Source: a virus | Lineage: Duplodnaviria > Caudoviricetes | DNA length: 39,735 nt | Virus record (IMG/VR): IMGVR_UViG_3300017655_000192 | Location: 1-39,735 of that record | Direction: 5' to 3' (one strand) | Shown here: piece after piece, positions 36,478 to 39,735 of the stretch | Layout of the letters: each line of letters opens with the position of its first letter | Position numbering within the stretch: position 1 is the first letter of the stretch | Made by a program: the position numbers and the translations under genes | Notes under the pieces: generated by a model | Seen by the model: the letters and a program-made list of their open reading frames with translations, nothing else | The model's database searches: none | Told to the model about the DNA's origin: nothing

Positions 36478-36831
36478 TTAAAACGTATAAACTGGATATT
36501 GATCTTCTACTCTTGTCTTTCGATCGTGACATCTTTTACACAAAGGTTGCCAGTTGTTTTCATTCCAGAACAGACTCTGGTCTCCTCGATGTGGTTTGAT
36601 GTGGTCGACAACCGTTGCTTGAGTCAGCTTTCCTTTCTGCTCACAGCGTTTGCAAAGAGGGTGAGCGTTTAAGAATCGTTTGCTTGCTTTCCTCCAACGG
36701 TTATCATAACCACGGTCGCTTGCATTGGCTCTATCATCTACATGAAGCTTCGCATGAAACTCACAGTACTTATCATCAGTCAACAAAGGACAGCCGTTGT
36801 GTTTGCACGGCTTCTTTGGTTTCTTTGGCAT
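36478..36831 (-). CDS. HNH endonuclease (terminase-associated, HK97 gp74-like)
   Basis: RGYDNRW, HPLCKRC, VVDHIKPH, NWQPLCKRCHDRKT. Confidence 0.93.
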   Translation of the reverse strand: MPKKPKKPCKHNGCPLLTDDKYCEFHAKLHVDDRANASDRGYDNRWRKASKRFLNAHPLCKRCEQKGKLTQATVVDHIKPHRGDQSLFWNENNWQPLCKRCHDRKTRVEDQYPVYTF

Positions 36832-36855
36832 TGTTCTCAACTCCGTACTCCAATT

Positions 36856-36889
36856 AAAAAAGCCCCGAAGGTTAAGTCCTTCAAGGGCT
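36856..36889 (-). terminator. Hairpin plus T-run ahead of HNH
   Basis: agcccttgaagg-acttaa-ccttcggggct-ttttt. Confidence 0.6.
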
Positions 36890-36964
36890 CGTAACTATGC
36901 TACTTCTACAGCTTATACTCTATCACATTTGTAGGATGGCTTTTAATGGCGTGTTTGTAAAAGT

Positions 36965-37002
36965 AAAAGAAAAACCCTGAAAGGAACTGGACCTTCAAGG
37001 GT
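36965..37002 (-). terminator. Terminator after the late activator gene
   Basis: acccttgaagg...cctttcagggt-ttttctttt. Confidence 0.65.
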
Positions 37003-37021
37003 GTTGTGGGTACTCCAGCAT

Positions 37022-37453
37022 TCATAAACATTCCACCGTGCTGCTTTCCAATCGTTCGTTGGCTTCCTTCAATGCCTTTCGATGTAACCGATAAGTCCAA
37101 CGTAAATCATAACCCATAACAGCGGCGACCTCCTCCCAAGTGCTGCCCCCAAGATAACGGAGCTCTAGGAGCAACCGGTGAGAAGGGCTTTCGATTTCGG
37201 CAATGAAGTTGGATAAATCTCGCTTTAAGTCTATCAACTGATCAATGTCAGCATTAATCTCTTCTTCAAGGCTCATTAACTTCACAAGAGCATTTTCCAT
37301 CGGCGAGCGCTGTTTGGTTCCTTGAACTTTATCGGTTTGCATCGCCGATGTTGTTTTTACTGCTAAGTCTCTTAACAAGGCCATCTGTTCCAGTTTACTG
37401 TTGATTCGTTGGTCCAGCTTAAAAGCCTGGGATAAATATTCTTTAGCGTTCAC
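37022..37453 (-). CDS. DUF1492/ArpU-RinA-like late transcription activator
   Basis: AKEYLSQA, LLELRY..WEEVA..Y..RLHRKAL. Confidence 0.85.
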   Translation of the reverse strand: MNAKEYLSQAFKLDQRINSKLEQMALLRDLAVKTTSAMQTDKVQGTKQRSPMENALVKLMSLEEEINADIDQLIDLKRDLSNFIAEIESPSHRLLLELRYLGGSTWEEVAAVMGYDLRWTYRLHRKALKEANERLESSTVECL

Positions 37454-38840
37454 CGTTGATTCCTCCTGTATTTCCACAAGGCAAACCCTCTTTGTATTTA
37501 TTTATTTCCGCCTTCACCGCTTCAATCAAGGCCGCTTGCCTCACGTCTTTATCTTTCAGCGCTTTCATCACACGTTCATCTATTGTACCTTTTGCTATCA
37601 GATGGTGGATGACCACTGTATCCTTTTGCCCCTGTCGCCAGAGCCGAGCATTGGTTTGCTGATAAAGTTCCAAGCTCCATGTCAATCCGAACCAAACAAG
37701 AATAGAGCCTCCAGCTTGCAGATTAAGTCCATGCCCCGCAGATGCTGGATGAATGACGGCAACAGGAATTTCTCCTTTGTTCCATCTCCTTATGGAATCA
37801 GCATTGGATAAAACTTCAACCTCAAAGCGTTTTTGTATCCGAATCAAATCATGCTTAAACCAGTATGCGATCAAGACAGGTTTTCCATAAGCTCCTTCGA
37901 CTACATCCTCTAACGCATCCAGCTTATGATCGTGTATGTAAATCACCGCACCTTGATCATCATAGACTGCACCATTGGCCATTTGAAGGAGCTTTCCAGA
38001 TAATGCAGCCGCATTGGCTGCAGTAATTTCCTCACCTTTAACCGTTGTTATCAGATCCCATTTCAAACTGTCGAGAGTTTCCATTTCCTTTTCAGAAAGC
38101 CTGACTGAAACTTCGTTTATGACTAGCTCCGGCAGTTTAAGATAATCGGATCCTTTCATGCTGATAGTGATATCCGAAATCTTTCGGTAGATAGCTTCTT
38201 CTGCTCCCGGCTTTGGTTTGTAAGAGTATATAACTTGCTGATTGCGCTTATCCGGCACAAAATAATCTTCCCTGTATCTACCAATAAACCGCCCCAGTCT
38301 TTGCCCCATGTCCAAAAGTCGATATTCTGCCCATAAATCCATCAAACTATTAGATGATGGTGTCCCTGTAAGCCCAACAAACCTTTTAACCAAAGGTCTA
38401 ACTTTCATTAGGCTTTTAAACCTTTTTGCTTGGTGGGATTTAAACGATGACAGTTCATCTACCACTACCATATCAAAATCAAAGGGAATGCCGCTTCTAG
38501 AAATGAGCCATTCTACGTTTTCTCGATTGATAATATACACCTGTGCTCTTTTCATAAGTGCTGCTTTTCTCTGAACCTCAGAACCAACTGCTACGGTATA
38601 TTTAAGCCCCTTAAGATGATCCCACTTTTCAATCTCCGCAGGCCATGTATCTCTAGCTACTCGAAGGGGTGCAATAACCAGAACTTTGCGAATAAGAAAG
38701 CTATCCAATGTCAAATCAAAAATCGAGGTTAAAGTAATAACACTTTTACCAAGACCCATTTCTAAAAACACTGCCGCTATGGGATGCTCTAGTATGAAGT
38801 TTGTTGCATAGGTCTGATATTTATGAGGATCGTATTTCAT
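37443..38840 (-). CDS. SNF2-family helicase
   Basis: MGLGKS, VVVDELS, LTGTP, GHGLNLQ, QTNARLWRQG. Confidence 0.93.
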   Translation of the reverse strand: MKYDPHKYQTYATNFILEHPIAAVFLEMGLGKSVITLTSIFDLTLDSFLIRKVLVIAPLRVARDTWPAEIEKWDHLKGLKYTVAVGSEVQRKAALMKRAQVYIINRENVEWLISRSGIPFDFDMVVVDELSSFKSHQAKRFKSLMKVRPLVKRFVGLTGTPSSNSLMDLWAEYRLLDMGQRLGRFIGRYREDYFVPDKRNQQVIYSYKPKPGAEEAIYRKISDITISMKGSDYLKLPELVINEVSVRLSEKEMETLDSLKWDLITTVKGEEITAANAAALSGKLLQMANGAVYDDQGAVIYIHDHKLDALEDVVEGAYGKPVLIAYWFKHDLIRIQKRFEVEVLSNADSIRRWNKGEIPVAVIHPASAGHGLNLQAGGSILVWFGLTWSLELYQQTNARLWRQGQKDTVVIHHLIAKGTIDERVMKALKDKDVRQAALIEAVKAEINKYKEGLPCGNTGGINGER

Positions 38841-39102
38841 TGAGTATCCCTCCAATCTGCTTAACATCATCAATGACATAACAGGAAAAGCCTAACTTCC
38901 GTAATTGCTTTATTCTTCTAATCTGTAACAGGCGAGGTTTCTTTCCGGGAGCCTTTAATTCCACAAATGCTATCTTCCCAAGTGGTAAAAGCACTAGGCG
39001 GTCTGGCATCCCATCTAAACCTAGACTAACAAACTTCGCAGCAATGCCTCCCATCTTTTTTACCTCAACCACCAGTTTCTTTTCTATATATTTTTCAAGC
39101 AT
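38821..39102 (-). CDS. VRR-NUC domain nuclease
   Basis: EKYIE, GMPDRL, FVELKAPG, LQ. Confidence 0.9.
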   Translation of the reverse strand: MLEKYIEKKLVVEVKKMGGIAAKFVSLGLDGMPDRLVLLPLGKIAFVELKAPGKKPRLLQIRRIKQLRKLGFSCYVIDDVKQIGGILNEIRSS

Positions 39103-39127
39103 AAATACCTCCCATATAAAAAGGCTC

Positions 39128-39413
39128 GGAACAAGAAAACAACTTTGACCCAATTTTCCTATACGCGCGTGTATACGTGTATGCACAGGCTACTATTACT
39201 TCTTTTTACTATTTATAAATAAATAGGATACTTCTTGTTCCACTTGTTCCGAACCGTTGATTTTCCTTATCATTACTAACTTTAGGGAAAGAACCAGTAT
39301 GGGAACAATGTAAGGTACAACTTAGCGTTGTTCCTCGACTCGGGAATAAGCTCGTTGCTTTCCGTAGACAGGAAACGTCACAACACCATTCTTGTTCCCA
39401 GTGTACTTGTTCC
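39128..39413. other. Putative replication origin with GGAACAA(G) iterons
   Basis: ggaacaag 39128; cttgttcc 39234, 39243, 39391, 39406; ggaacaa 39302; ttgttcc 39328; AT-rich core ca. 39192-39226. Confidence 0.5.
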
Positions 39414-39735
39414 ACTCACTGATCTTTCTCATAATGGCACCGATGGCATAGGAATCTGAAGGCTTTAGCATGGATGCCTCTTTACCGAAACACTCACACC
39501 AAATTTCCATATTGCAGACAAGGGTTCTGTGTACTGTTCCAACCCGGGTGCCGCCGCCAAATTCGCTACCGCCAAGGAAATTTCTACGCTCGTACAAAGA
39601 CATCGTGTCCCAATCATCCGGCAAGAGCGTATCCAAGTAAGTACGAACTAGTCCTTCTCGTTCATCTGTTTCCATGGCATCTGCCTGTTCACTAGTTGCC
39701 ATGGATACATCATCACCTTCAAGGTAGAGTTTTTC
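39322..39735 (-). CDS. Virulence-associated E (VapE) primase/helicase, C-terminal part, truncated by window
   Basis: Open to window edge (EKLYLEG...); DEREGLV..YL, VCNMEIWCECFG, YGKQRAY. Confidence 0.85.
   Translation of the reverse strand, partial: EKLYLEGDDVSMATSEQADAMETDEREGLVRTYLDTLLPDDWDTMSLYERRNFLGGSEFGGGTRVGTVHRTLVCNMEIWCECFGKEASMLKPSDSYAIGAIMRKISEWNKYTGNKNGVVTFPVYGKQRAYSRVEEQR

Larger units (their letters stand above)
2510..39735 (-). mobile_element. Prophage-like element with serine recombinase triplet integrated at rlmD 3' end (Phi-m46.1-like organisation); continues beyond window
   Basis: Co-oriented replication, methylase, packaging, head, tail, lysis and recombinase modules plus AT-richer cargo, ending at an rlmD-like att. 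Confidence 0.88.

Noticed and set aside
11414-39695. Numerous plus-strand and alternate-frame ORFs in the track (e.g. 22865-23401, 33727-34191, 29511-29918)
   Set aside because: Shadows of well-supported minus-strand genes with no recognisable motifs

Overview
Bacillaceae-type chromosome window. About 37 kb (ca. 2510-39735, nearly all minus strand) is the distal part of a prophage-like element resembling the Phi-m46.1/rumA-integrating family. Read along the minus strand: replication genes (VapE end, VRR-NUC, SNF2), a late activator, HNH/cos, two DNA methyltransferases, three promoter-repeat mini-cassettes, HK97-like head and siphovirus tail genes with two morons and a -1 frameshifted tail chaperone, holin/amidase, SHOCT and a serine recombinase triplet. 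A cargo region follows: Mta-like MerR plus DUF2268, DUF1413-vanR-vanS-D,D-carboxypeptidase, VanZ-family, and DUF6323/DUF6179. The element ends at a displaced 3' end of rlmD (attR, ca. 2458-2545). The most unusual feature is the cargo punctuation: several rlmD-att-like sites, a 40-bp direct repeat, a duplicated post-recombinase terminator and a decayed second recombinase 3' end, suggesting stepwise cassette accretion. The host flank (1-2450) holds a Bacillaceae repeat, a frameshifted SDR with a Q/M-rich N-terminus and a small unannotated ORF. Family assignments come from motif recognition, not database searches.
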